A stretch of DNA of 64,000 bases from Cyanidioschyzon merolae (Eukaryota): the NCBI GenBank assembly GCA_000091205.1, contig AP006499.2; one strand, given 5' to 3'. Below, piece by piece: positions 22,535 through 32,659 of this stretch. The translations under genes were made by a program, and so were the position numbers. Positions within the stretch are counted from its first letter, which is position 1; each line of letters opens with the position of its first letter. The notes beneath the pieces are model-generated. The model saw nothing but the letters and a program-made list of their open reading frames with translations. It was not told the origin of the DNA and ran no database searches.

Positions 22535-22828
22535 TCATCGCATAGGGATCGTCGAGGCCTGCTGCCCAGCCGCCTCATACATGCGAATGCAACTTGCCAT
22601 GCAGTGCTCTTTGCCTTGCACACGACATAGAAGGCGTTGGGCATCGTGCTCGCAACACATAGCCGAACACCTATTTTGTTCAGCGCTGCGAATGCAGGCC
22701 TCTCTATGATCGATCGTACTTGCGCAGTGCGGCTTGCTGTCCATGCTCAGCTGTAGACCTGCTTCGCTCAGCGAGGTGAAGGCGTCAAGGCGACCGCAGT
22801 CACCGAGCGCGTTGTCGCCCAGTCTCAT
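22535..22828 (-). CDS. Small twin Cx9C (CHCH-domain) protein, a possible mitochondrial intermembrane-space / COX assembly factor.
   Basis: The ORF contains C-ASTIDHREA-C ... C-CEHDAQRLL-C, which is two Cx9C pairs with helix-loop-helix spacing. It lies 170 bp from the COX16-like gene on the same strand. Confidence 0.35.
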   Translation of the reverse strand: MRLGDNALGDCGRLDAFTSLSEAGLQLSMDSKPHCASTIDHREACIRSAEQNRCSAMCCEHDAQRLLCRVQGKEHCMASCIRMYEAAGQQASTIPMR

Positions 22829-22994
22829 ACGGCCTGATGGATAAACTCGCAGTACGTTTTCAGGTCACCTGCGAGTAACTTGCCGTTACGCTTCTTGTAA
22901 GCGCTAGACGCGTCCCGCTCCGGGCGTTCAGGTTCCCAGATTGATCACGACTTGCTTACCGCCACGCGGTGGATGCGGGCTCAATGCTTTCCGC

Positions 22995-23276
22995 TCAACG
23001 CGTTCCGCTCGTGCTCGAACGCGCTCGACCCGGCACCGGAATATTTACATACGCACTTGGTGGAGCTTCTGCGTTTTCCACGCTCTCGGTTCTGGATGGA
23101 GCACTGGTTGTGCTCGACACTGCAGTGCCCGCGTGCCTCTCGAGCCGCCGACGGGTGCGGTCTAGTTCGTAGCGACCTTCGAGCAGGTACGTTACCCCGT
23201 AGAGACTCGCGACCATCAGGGTCAGGAACGGAAGTCCAACACGAAAGAAAGGATTCTGCTGTAAAGGCCGAAGCAT
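22995..23276 (-). CDS. COX16: COX16-like cytochrome c oxidase assembly protein. The ORF extends to 23426; the Met at 23276 gives a typical about 93-aa protein.
   Basis: MLRPLQQNPFFRVGLPFLTLMVASLYGVTYLLEGRYELDRTRRRLERH matches the COX16 signature (NPF.FFG.PF..L.V..S.GL..L...RYE) followed by a single transmembrane segment. Confidence 0.6.
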   Translation of the reverse strand: MLRPLQQNPFFRVGLPFLTLMVASLYGVTYLLEGRYELDRTRRRLERHAGTAVSSTTSAPSRTESVENAEAPPSAYVNIPVPGRARSSTSGTR

Positions 23277-23672
23277 GGCTCTTTCCGACTTGCGGTCAGC
23301 GTTCAATGCTTCAGTTTCTACTCCGGTTTTCAGTAACTTAATGGGCTGCTGATTCGATCCCAACGCTTGCCGAGTCCTTCGTGCCACACGCTTCCTCTTG
23401 AGCGAAGACGACATCCAGTGAAGCATCGCTCGCGACGTCTGCCCGCTGAAGCACGGCCTGATGCCTCTGCTGCCATGCCTTGCACCACTTGGCGACCGAA
23501 CGGAACGGAACGTACCCGTTTCTGTTGCTTCGTGTTTGTAATTATAAATTGTGCTTGTGCCTAATTCTTGTACCGAGCATAAGTAACTACTGTTTGTGTC
23601 ATTTACTGGGCCTGATCACTCTAGCGTCCAAGGCATAGCACTTGACGTCACGGTTCAGGTACAGTTTTCGAA

Positions 23673-24317
23673 ATGTTTGCGTTTTCAGCTGCGCCTCTGC
23701 TTCGCACGGGGAAAGTCTCGTTGCTCATTGCTGCTAAACCGAGCTTTCGTCCTTGTGCCTGTAACTTGTCTGCGAATTCGTTTGGGGATCGCAGCGTTTG
23801 GCGGCGAAGCGGGCATCAGCGAACGCAGAACGCGCGTCTTGTGAGCGTGAACGCGTCACTGGACCCTGTGAACGAGAAGGACACAACGGCAGAAGCTTCG
23901 CTGCCGCCCAAGCCGTCAAAACCTCCAGGCGTCACACGAGGGCAAGTTATTGTCGGCACGCTCGTAGGGTGCGTACTTCCTTTTGTTCTGTTTCGAGCGC
24001 TGGAGCGCTTACCGGGTCAAGATGCGGTCTCGGCTGGTCGATGGACAGTCGCTGGGATCACAGTCCTAACCGTAGGCTGGGTTGCGACCTATTTGACGCG
24101 TGTGGGTACGAAGCGCACCACCTATGCTCAGCAGCTGCGGGCATACGAAGATGCTGTCCTTCGCAGGCGACTAGCAGAGCTGAGCGATGAGGAGTTGCAG
24201 GTGCTCCTAGCGGACGGCGATGATGGCGAGAGTACGGGCCCAGAGCGCTCTTTTGAATCAGGTGCAGCTTCGAGTTCATTGTCCAAGTCACCAGAGGAGC
24301 CAGATCGCCGGAAGTGA
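23673..24317 (+). CDS. DUF3007-like protein (cyanobacterial/plastid family) with an N-terminal extension resembling a transit peptide.
   Basis: Two transmembrane segments (VIVGTLVGCVLPFVLF and WTVAGITVLTVGWVATYL) are followed by TRVGTKRTTYAQQLRAYEDAVLRRRLAELSDEELQVLL, which matches the DUF3007 pattern (TYLFRV.TG.MTY.QQ.KDYE.AVLQKRLEE.TPEEL). The match is from memory of the family, not a profile search. Confidence 0.5.
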   Translation: MFAFSAAPLLRTGKVSLLIAAKPSFRPCACNLSANSFGDRSVWRRSGHQRTQNARLVSVNASLDPVNEKDTTAEASLPPKPSKPPGVTRGQVIVGTLVGCVLPFVLFRALERLPGQDAVSAGRWTVAGITVLTVGWVATYLTRVGTKRTTYAQQLRAYEDAVLRRRLAELSDEELQVLLADGDDGESTGPERSFESGAASSSLSKSPEEPDRRK

Positions 24318-25424
24318 GCTACTTGGACACGAGATAGAACGCTTAATTTCTGTGTTTGCAATGTACGGGACATTGGCACACTCGGGTCGTCAGCAGTCGC
24401 TACTGGTGCAGCTTCGATGGAGCGCGCAGCGTGCTGCCAAACTGCGAATACAGAGACGAAGCATCAACCTTTGCGCGGAGGCGTCCCGACTGGATGCACA
24501 TCTGCATGCAGCAGGAGCAACAGGAGCTATGCCTGTGTCCCATGAACGTGAGAGCAGCGAATGTTGTCGCTGACGCTGGAGCGAGCGCAACGCGAGGGGG
24601 GCGCTGTACCGCGTCCCGCAGCAACTGGCCTGATGATCAAAGCGCCGTACATTCGTGGAAAGACTCCCGCCACCAGACTCTGTCGATACACGAGCACTGT
24701 CGTCGCATGTATACCATGCAGCTTCTCTGTCGGAAGTCGACACGTTCATCTGTATCGAAGGATGCTCCGCAATGCGTCACTCATGGACGACACGCACGGT
24801 GCACTCGTGCAGCAGCGTGCCCACAGTATCAAGGGCGCGCACCTGAGCTCGACCTTGAAAACTGCCGAAAGCCTTTTCGTTGCAACGCCATAAGCGTTGC
24901 TGCGACGGAGTTTGCACTTACTTCTGTGGCATTCGTACCAAATGCATGGATACAACGCATGGTACGGTTTGGGGTGCTGGAGGCGTACCAGAAGCATGGC
25001 TGCGACGGAATGCGCGGTAAGTGTCGTCTCATTGGCGCCAGAAGCGTTTTGTAGCGGAATGTACGAAAAATCGCGCTCGAAGCGATTCCGCATAGCGTCT
25101 TCTGCATGAACGCTGTGCACATTATGTGGAACGTGCCGCTGATGGTATGGGATCGATGGCAACGACCAGACTTTCGCGACGATGCCCAGGTTCAGCGTCA
25201 GTCATGGATCGGGAGACCTGCGGTTCCCGCCCGACCTTTCTAGGATCCACCGTCTCTAAGCTGCGCTTCCTGTTGGGATTCCAGGTTCGATCCAGCGATG
25301 GGAGCGCTGCTTGCGGGGAGCTTGCGAGCTGCTAGCCGGTTGATGCATACCGGCACTAGAAACCTGTCGCCTAAACAAGAACGCTTCGATATAATGAAGC
25401 GTTAGATGCAAATGCTCGCTACGC

Positions 25425-25935
25425 TGCTGCGACCATCGCACGTGCGATGCAGGCAAGAAGCGATCCAAACGCAGTTTACCCGTTTTCTTCATGGTATAGG
25501 ACGCATGTATGGATCATCATCGCAAGCGTGATGCAGGCAAGAAGCGATCCAAACGCAGTTTACCCGTTTTCTTCATGGTATAGGACGCATGTATGGATCA
25601 TCATCGCACGTGCGATGCAGGCAAGAAGTGATCCAAACGCAGTTTACCCGTTTTCTTCATGGTATAGGACGCATGTATGGATCATCATCGCAAGCGTGAT
25701 GCAGGCAAGAAGTGATCCAAACGCAGTTTACCCGTTTTCTTCATGGTATAGGACGCATGTATGGATCATCATCGCAAGCGTGATGCAGGCAAGAAGTGAT
25801 CCAAACGCAGTTTACCCGTTTTCTTCATGGTATAGGACGCATGTATGGATCATCATCGCAAGCGTGATGCAGGCAAGAAGTGATCCAAACGCAGTTTACC
25901 CGTTTTCTTCATGGTATAGGACGCATGTATGGATC
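25425..25935. repeat. Minisatellite, 84-bp unit x about 6. The unit length is a multiple of 3 and it lies in frame within ORF 25447-26181.
   Basis: ATGCAGGCAAGAAG(C/T)GATCCAAACGCAGTTTACCCGTTTTCTTCATGGTATAGGACGCATGTATGGATCATCATCGCA(A/C)G(C/T)G is repeated and translates to 28-aa repeats MQARSDPNAVYPFSSWYRTHVWIIIASV. Confidence 0.9.
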
Positions 25936-26104
25936 ACCACCATCATCATCACCCCCGCAGGGATTCCCCAGCAACCGCAATACGAAAGTGGATCCCGCTG
26001 GTCTCTGCGGACGCAGAGCCACGGCCGGCACCAGGCATCGTCTCTGCCAGCGGCCTGCGCTGGGGTTCACCTGCGGACCGAAACAACTTGCCCGCTTCTG
26101 GTTC

Positions 26105-27106
26105 ATGGACGGTTCCGAGAATGGACAAGACTCAATTGCGGAAAAACTACGGCGCCGACTCTTGGAAAAGATGCTCGCTGAGCGCGAAGCGCTTCGAGAG
26201 CAGGAACGGCAGGCGCCAACGACGTCGGGGCCAGCACCGTCTCTGCCAGCGGCAACGCGCTCTACCGACCCAGACGAGGCTACTGAGCCGAGGCATCAAG
26301 TAGCTCGCGAGCTGTCTATTTCAGACTCGCAGCCAACACCTGCGGAGGTCTCTCAGGGAGCGTTGCCGGCAGCAGGAACCTCGTCGGGACCCGCGCTGGC
26401 GAGCGAGCACCAGCGTTTCGAGGCGGCAACTTCGGGGAACGCTGCTTCCACGACCCGGCAGTCTCCGGCTGTCGAGTCTGCAGCGTTATCGGTACCGGGG
26501 AACACCGAGCCTTGGCTCCGCGGACAACCAGCTGGCGACGATGCGCTGCCTGCTGAAACCAGGCGCTCAGCGAGTCTTTACGGAGCCGGGTGCGTAGAAG
26601 ACACCGACCGCAACGCTCATTCTGCCACGGAACTCAAAACGTCGAGTCCGTCGGCACTCCCCGACCCGGAGGATGCGCATGCCCTGGCAAGTCGCACGAG
26701 TGGGACACCCGAGTCCGGGACTTCGTCTGAGCGCTCGCTGGCCACATGCTCGGTTTCGCCTGTACTGGGACCCGCCGACTCGTCTGAGCGGCATGCAGCT
26801 ATGCACTGGACAGCGGATACACCCGAGTTCTTCGTAGGCGCGGATCATGGTGCCTCGGCGGAAGCCGTTGATCCCCAGCCACTGTCAACAAAGACGCAGG
26901 ACGACAGACACTCACGAGACAGACAGGGCGCGACGGAGCCCAGCTCATTACCAGGAACGCAAGAAACGGCATTCGTTCGCATGGGGTATTCAGCGGAGGA
27001 GCTACAGCGGATCGAGTGCGCTGTTCAGAGTTTTTGTGCATATGCGCTGGCGGTTGCGGAGCGCACATTTCAGCGTGTGCAACGTGCAGAACGCGAGGTA
27101 TCGTAG
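26105..27106 (+). CDS. Hypothetical S/A/P/T-rich protein with no recognisable domain. The ORF could extend upstream into the 84-bp array (from 25447 or 25880).
   Basis: Long ORF. The N-terminus MDGSENGQDSIAEKLRRRLLEKMLAEREALREQERQ is coiled-coil-like, the middle is an acidic S/P-rich low-complexity stretch, and the C-terminus YSAEELQRIECAVQSFCAYALAVAERTFQRVQRAEREV is structured-looking. Confidence 0.3.
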   Translation: MDGSENGQDSIAEKLRRRLLEKMLAEREALREQERQAPTTSGPAPSLPAATRSTDPDEATEPRHQVARELSISDSQPTPAEVSQGALPAAGTSSGPALASEHQRFEAATSGNAASTTRQSPAVESAALSVPGNTEPWLRGQPAGDDALPAETRRSASLYGAGCVEDTDRNAHSATELKTSSPSALPDPEDAHALASRTSGTPESGTSSERSLATCSVSPVLGPADSSERHAAMHWTADTPEFFVGADHGASAEAVDPQPLSTKTQDDRHSRDRQGATEPSSLPGTQETAFVRMGYSAEELQRIECAVQSFCAYALAVAERTFQRVQRAEREVS

Positions 27107-27177
27107 GCTCTGGAGATCCGCTTGCGCATCACTGAGCGTGAGAAACCGGATACAATGCTCTCGTGAGCATGCCGGAA

Positions 27178-27179
27178 GC

Positions 27180-27217
<38 letters not shown>

Positions 27218-27240
27218 CTGCTGCTGCTGCTGCTACCTCG
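27178..27240. repeat. Compound microsatellite (CAA)14(CTG)7.
   Basis: Direct reading: AACAACAACAACAACAACAACAACAACAACAACAACAACTGCTGCTGCTGCTGCT. Confidence 0.9.
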
Positions 27241-27888
27241 ATAGCGACGAGCGGCAACCTATATGGACCGGTGAAAGGAGACAGAATCTCGAGTATGCCG
27301 TGCTGCGGCATCATCAAGTGCATGCCAGGTTGCCGCGCTGCGCCTGGCGTTCGCGTCCAGGCATCAGCATGGTGCACCTATACACAACACTGCGCTTACC
27401 GATACCGTATCTTGCCCTGGGTTCTAGCTGATCCAGAAACGGTGGCGATTTTTCTCGGGCTGATGTTCGCAAGGGCATCACCGAGCCGTTCTGTCTCCGG
27501 CCAGCGACCGCATTGGCGGCGCTTCCAGTGTCACAGGAGGCACGCACAGTCGACTGGGCTTCTGGAGCATCGCGTCAGCGAACCTTGACCCCGCAAGGGC
27601 AAGCCTGGTCAGTAATTCGCGGAACTCGGGGGCCTCGAGCGGACCAGCTGGCACTTCCCTGGCTGCCGATTATCATCACGTACTCGGGAGATTCATGGCT
27701 TGTCTCATAAATCCAGTACCATAAACAGGTTCAATGATTTTCGCATACGGCAAGGGAAAGGTATCGCACCTGGAGCACATGACCGGGTCAGCATTCACTT
27801 ACTGAACGACCAGCCAGTGCATCGGAGCCTCGGGAGCGAGTCTACATTCCCGCTCTGTGAGGCAGTGGACAAAAGCCGCGTATGCGAG

Positions 27889-28632
27889 CTAGGCTGCCGT
27901 GTGCGCTTCTCGCGACCACGCACCGGGTATCGCGTTCCCGCGCTCGTGGCTGGACTCCCGCGCCTCTACGACGCCTGCTGCTCTCGGTGCGGCATCCACG
28001 CCAGCAGCATGCCCGTTGCTACCCAACTTATGCTGCGAATCTACGATATCCGTAAAGAAGAATGCTAGGGCAGCCAATCCGTTGCGGGTCTCGGTGACAC
28101 GAAGACCGTAGCCTGCAGGTGTCTCCATGGCCACCGCGTGGCCCATATCGACCGGCTGGTGCTCGTTCGACTTCGATGCCACTGAGGACTGTGTATCCGC
28201 ACGCCACGTCCAGCGAAGCACACGAAACCTCGTCACCCGTTCAAAGTGCTCTTGTGAGCTCTTGTCCACGAACGGGGAGCGCAACACGGCGATGCGCTCG
28301 AGTTTATCGCTCGGTGATGCGACACCGCCGTGAAGTTCGCCGCCGGCTGCCCGTATGAGGAGCTGCATTCGCCTCAAAACATCGTTCAAGCGTTTTGAGC
28401 GCATATCCCACGTCATGTAACGAAACAAATAACGGTATTCGTGAAGGTCCGGAACCGAACCCTCGGTAGAGCCTCCTGCTACCGCAGCTGCCGCCGCCCG
28501 ACTCGTCCAGTGCCGTGCCCCAAGTGACCAGAGCTGACGACAGGATGTTGCCGTTTCTCGTGCCCAGGGTCGTGCGAGATGCATTCCTGACGAACGTGTA
28601 CCGTCTTGGCGTCGGTAGCGCGTCGCCGACAC
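27889..28632 (-). CDS. Organellar (probably mitochondrial) ribosomal protein uS10 family member with a long N-terminal extension.
   Basis: YRYLFRYMTWDMRSKRLNDVLRRMQLLIRAAGGELHGGVASPSDKLERIAVLRSPFVDKSSQEHFERVTRFRVLR parallels bacterial S10 (IRIKLKAYDHRLLDQS...[39 protein letters not shown]). Confidence 0.55.
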   Translation of the reverse strand: MSATRYRRQDGTRSSGMHLARPWARETATSCRQLWSLGARHWTSRAAAAAVAGGSTEGSVPDLHEYRYLFRYMTWDMRSKRLNDVLRRMQLLIRAAGGELHGGVASPSDKLERIAVLRSPFVDKSSQEHFERVTRFRVLRWTWRADTQSSVASKSNEHQPVDMGHAVAMETPAGYGLRVTETRNGLAALAFFFTDIVDSQHKLGSNGHAAGVDAAPRAAGVVEARESSHERGNAIPGAWSREAHTAA

Positions 28633-29439
28633 GCACCCGCACCTGTTCGTTGGAAGAAACGTCGCAGGCGACGACGATCGCTGCGCTCCTTCTTGTGGTT
28701 CGATCTTCTCCCCGACGACAGTTCCGTGAAAAGCTTACCGCAATTGGAACCACTGATACGGTAACAAGTCCGCCAGGACACCCAAGTTTGCAGTTGACGC
28801 CTCCGATTCAGCGTATACACGGAACGGGACTGAACACGAACAAGTGCGCGCTGAGAGAGCGCACTCCGCCACAGGGCCTCGCGCTGGTACGCACCGGGAG
28901 GTATTCGCTCTGCTGTCGCACAGGGGAAGCGGGAGTGACGGCCTCTTTTCTGGTGCTTCTGGCACGCTGAAGTGTCTAGCAGGGAACAGGGTTTGCAAAG
29001 CCGGGTACCGGCAAACAGGGAATATCTGAGGGCGTCTGGGTCGGTCTATCGATCCGGCAACGGAAGCAGGCAAGCGGCGATACACGGAACGCTGCCACTG
29101 TGCCACAGCAGGAGTGATCGAGCGCGTGCGATAAGCACGATGCCGTACTCTTTTTGTGATGACCTTGACTGCACGCTTTGTGATCGAGTGCTGTTGCTCG
29201 TGCTCCAAGGAAAACGCGTGGCTGTGGCGTGGTGTCGCGGGCTCGACGCTTGCACGCCGCGTATCCACTCGGGAGCCGGGGCACTGGGTCGCCCGAGTCA
29301 ACACGAGTCGGGGATGCGGTCCAGCGAGCGCTGCGCTTTTCGCGGAATGACCGCTCGACACCTGTGTCCGATAAGAATGGAGCGATGAACTGTACGCTCT
29401 GTTCCTGACTTGTAACTCATTTCTGATCTTTCGTAGATG

Positions 29440-30150
29440 TACGACATCGAAAAGCGATGTCCTGCACTAAAGACTTTCCGATGCACGGGTTGCTTTAGGA
29501 TTCGTAGAGGTGTTTCCGGAGAGGGCTCTTCGATGCTCTGCCGCTGGAACTCGATACGCCATTGGAAGCCCCGATGATTCGCGACGTTCTCGGACGAGGG
29601 TTCCTAAAACAACCGATATTATGAGGTCCTGTTGACGTATAAGCATCCGTGCGTCTCCCTGGCATACTCGTAATATGATCCAATCACGATTTCTTCCAGT
29701 TTTCGATCGATCGGTCACCATGCAACTCGTTGGCACAGCGATTCGTGCTTCCGAATGAACGTTGACCAAGCTCGACGGTGCTCCTTGACGACTTGTATAC
29801 AGGCTGCTACCAAAAGTTCACTGAACTTATTACCCCAAATCAGAGAATCCGTTCGAATGACAAATCCGCATCTCCTTGTGGCCGCCGACGAACCCGGACT
29901 TGACAGCGGCATGGTGCCTCTCAATAGAGACATTCGCAGAGGGCCGTGTCTCTTCTGTTTACATGGAATGGGGTCTTGGACTCGGACGTGAGTCATCGAC
30001 GCAATCGTTTCGACTAGAGCGTGGGTCGCTGCCATGCACGACAGGAACGTAGACGAATCGAGATTGGTGAGATTGATCTCTGGAGCAGTACATGGGAGCA
30101 TTCCCGGTACGGCGTCTCTGAGTCATGTCACTGCCCGACGCCATTCGCGC
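29440..30150 (-). repeat. Partial copy (W) of the dispersed repeat family.
   Basis: Block C TTGGACTCGGACGTGAGTCATCGACGCAATCG at 29977-30015 is preceded by GGGCCGTGTCTCTTCTGTTT, matching X 47761-47834. A block D-like stretch AAAAGTTCACTGAAC lies at about 29815. A degenerate block F reverse complement CGACATCGAAAAGCGATGTCC lies at 29447-29470. The encoded peptide ...ETIASMTHVRVQDP matches X ...AAMTQVRVQNP and Y ...AAITKARVQNT. Confidence 0.6.
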
Positions 30151-30892
30151 GTGAAGGCTTTGATGACGTAGAGGCGAACGGGCGACGCCTCGAGCACCAC
30201 GAGGGAGCGCTTCATGACCGGCGCTCTATCGAAGCGCATCGGTTCGAGGGAACAAAGAACAGAGACTGAACGCTAACTACCAACAAGATGACGAACTCTT
30301 CTCCCGTTACGATAAAGATTAAAACGGGAAAAAGTTTCCGTATCTTCGAAAGTTTACCTTCGAGGTGGAAGTTCCAGCGAGCCGGACGAGTCTCCCGGGC
30401 TAGTGCTTCATGCTACCACCAGTGGCAGGTGCTGTGGCGAAATCTGAGCAACTGGTCCGCAACGCCATTCATTCTGCGACAAGGGTGCCGGTAGCCTGTG
30501 CCTAGGCGTTGCGGACCAGTCCTACTGGACTCCCAGTATATCGCTTCGCGCTATCGTAGGCAGTACGTCTGTCCGCGCAGCTTGCAGACTCCCAGCATGA
30601 TCATGAATCCCAATTCCTGCCGAGTAAAGCACTCCTCGAGCCGACGCACTCAGTGGTATGGCAGCAGGGTTCTGTCCCCGTGATGTATCTGCTCCAGCGG
30701 TTTAGGCGCTACAGCCGCAGCTCAGTGCAGGCACTCGGCGCTCGATAGCACGTACAAAACGACCGGTTTATCCGAGCGGAGCTATATGTAGTGGAACTTG
30801 ATGATAAGCGCATCATGATAGAAGCTTTTTCGATAACCATGATCCATCGTGTAGTCTGGGACCTGTGGTCAACGTAAACGTTTTGTCATCGA

Positions 30893-30990
30893 AAAGAAGC
30901 AGCAGTAGCAGTAGTAGCAGCAGCAGCAGTAGCAGTAGTAGCAGCAGTAGCAGCAGTAGCAGCAGTAGCAGCAGTAGCAGCAGTAGCAGT

Positions 30991-31032
<42 letters not shown>

Positions 31033-31033
31033 T
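30893..31033. repeat. (CAG)n/(AGC)n trinucleotide microsatellite, about 47 units with AGT interruptions, upstream of the V-ATPase c gene.
   Basis: Direct reading. It produces polySer and polyLeu artefact ORFs 30865-31086(+) and 30813-31103(-). Confidence 0.95.
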
Positions 31034-31288
31034 ACATGCGCACGTCACCGATGCGATGCATGCTCCATGTACGATTCATCCCATGATCTCTAGTTACTTT
31101 CATAAAGATACTACGTTGTCCATAGATGTGCTTGCGTTGCGCTGCAACCCTGCGCCCGACAGCCAGACCGCCCGCTACCCATCCATCGCGTAGATTCCCA
31201 GTAGTGCTGAAGCCTGTCGCCGCTGCACGTGTGCTTTTCAGGCGACCGTTTTCGTCCCGCGGGTGCGCACAGTGAGCTTGCAGTACTC

Positions 31289-31783
31289 ATGAGCGCGACG
31301 AGTCACGCCTGCCCGCCTGCTGCTGCTTTCTTTGGCTTCATCGGAGCTGCGTCGGCGCTGGTTTTCAGCAACATGGGTGCTGCGTACGGCACCGCCAAGT
31401 CGGGAGTCGGCATCGCAGCTGTGGGCGTGCTGCGCCCCGAACTCATCATGCGCTCGATTATACCAACTGTCATGGCGGGCATTTTGGGTATTTACGGACT
31501 AATCGTAGCAGTGATTCTTTCGGGACAGATCTCGCTGCAGTCGTACCCGTACTATCTGGGGTTCGCGCACCTCTCCGCTGGGCTGGCGATGGGTCTCAGT
31601 GGCCTGGCTGCGGGCATCTGCATTGGCGTCGTCGGTGACGCCGGCGTGCGAGCAACCGCCCAACAACCCAAAGTGTTCACGGGATTCATTCTCATTTTGA
31701 TTTTCGCGGAAGCGCTTGCCCTGTATGGTCTGATTGTGGCCCTCATCCTCGGAGGCAAAACTGCTCCAGGCGCTTGCACTTGA
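31289..31783 (+). CDS. V-type H+-ATPase 16-kDa proteolipid subunit c (V0 c).
   Basis: [64 protein letters not shown]...[39 protein letters not shown] is near-identical to VMA3/ATP6V0C and has four transmembrane helices. The start is taken at the Met of MSATSHACP; the ORF opens at 31229. Confidence 0.9.
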   Translation: MSATSHACPPAAAFFGFIGAASALVFSNMGAAYGTAKSGVGIAAVGVLRPELIMRSIIPTVMAGILGIYGLIVAVILSGQISLQSYPYYLGFAHLSAGLAMGLSGLAAGICIGVVGDAGVRATAQQPKVFTGFILILIFAEALALYGLIVALILGGKTAPGACT

Positions 31784-32337
31784 AGGGGCAGCATACCGGC
31801 GGCGAGAAGATCCCAGTATGAGACGCAAAAGCCGCCCAGCGTGTTGGTCTTGCGAGTCAGCGCTCGTTGCTTGACGGAGCTGGCACTTTCCCCGCTGGCC
31901 CGCTTCGATGGCAACTGAAGTCGCAAAATCAGGGCTTCATATCCACAGGGGTACCTGTCAAGAGCTTGTGAACTGCTCAAACGTCCATAGCAATTTTCGT
32001 GCAATATCCCGAAAAAGATAAAGCCTCGTGCCAGCGACTTTTCCGTCGAAAAGCTTTTCGACTGCTCAAGTTTCCACACCAAGAGTCATGGAACACCTGG
32101 TGCCGGATGCATCGAAGCACAAGGCATGCGTTGTCTTCTGGTGTCGGAAATCGCTGGGGCCTGCATACCTGGAAAACGGCCACGGGAGGACTACTCACCA
32201 ACGACATTCCTTTAACAGTTCCGCATACAACCCTTAACAGTCCGGTTAGCGCTGATACCTCAGAGCGCACCGACTTGAAGCACGGCTCCAGAACCAAGGC
32301 CCAGCGAACGTCCGCCAGCGAAAATGCCCCTGACCGC

Positions 32338-32362
32338 CGACAAACAAACACACACACACACA
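32338..32362. repeat. (AC)12 microsatellite.
   Basis: Direct reading: ACAAACACACACACACACACACG. Confidence 0.9.
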
Positions 32363-32659
32363 CACACGAAAGTGTCGTGCTTTCATGGGCAACTGCTGTT
32401 GATTGCTGTTTACGGGTTGTGGTTGACGCACACGCGCTCTGTGTCTGGCTCGCAACCCGCTCTTGGACAGAACTCGCTACCACCAGCGACTCCAACTTGT
32501 ACACGATCTCGCAAAGTGACGGTCTCCGCTTTCGCGCTTGTCTCTAGAGGAGCACCTGCGCCGAAGCCAGCGTGCACGTCGTCACACTGGTGTGCACGTG
32601 ACTGAACCAGGAACTCGCAAAGCTGCGGTTCGTGTTCTGGAGACCCAGTTCACACACCT

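Noticed and set aside
25261-25300. GGTTCGATCC T-loop-like motif suggesting a tRNA gene.
   Set aside because: The flanking sequence does not form a T-stem, acceptor stem or anticodon arm. Manual scanning found no cloverleaf candidate elsewhere, but this was done by eye only and a tRNAscan run would be needed to be sure.
30865-31086. PolySer ORF (+) and polyLeu ORF (30813-31103, -).
   Set aside because: They are translations of the (CAG)n microsatellite and not genes.
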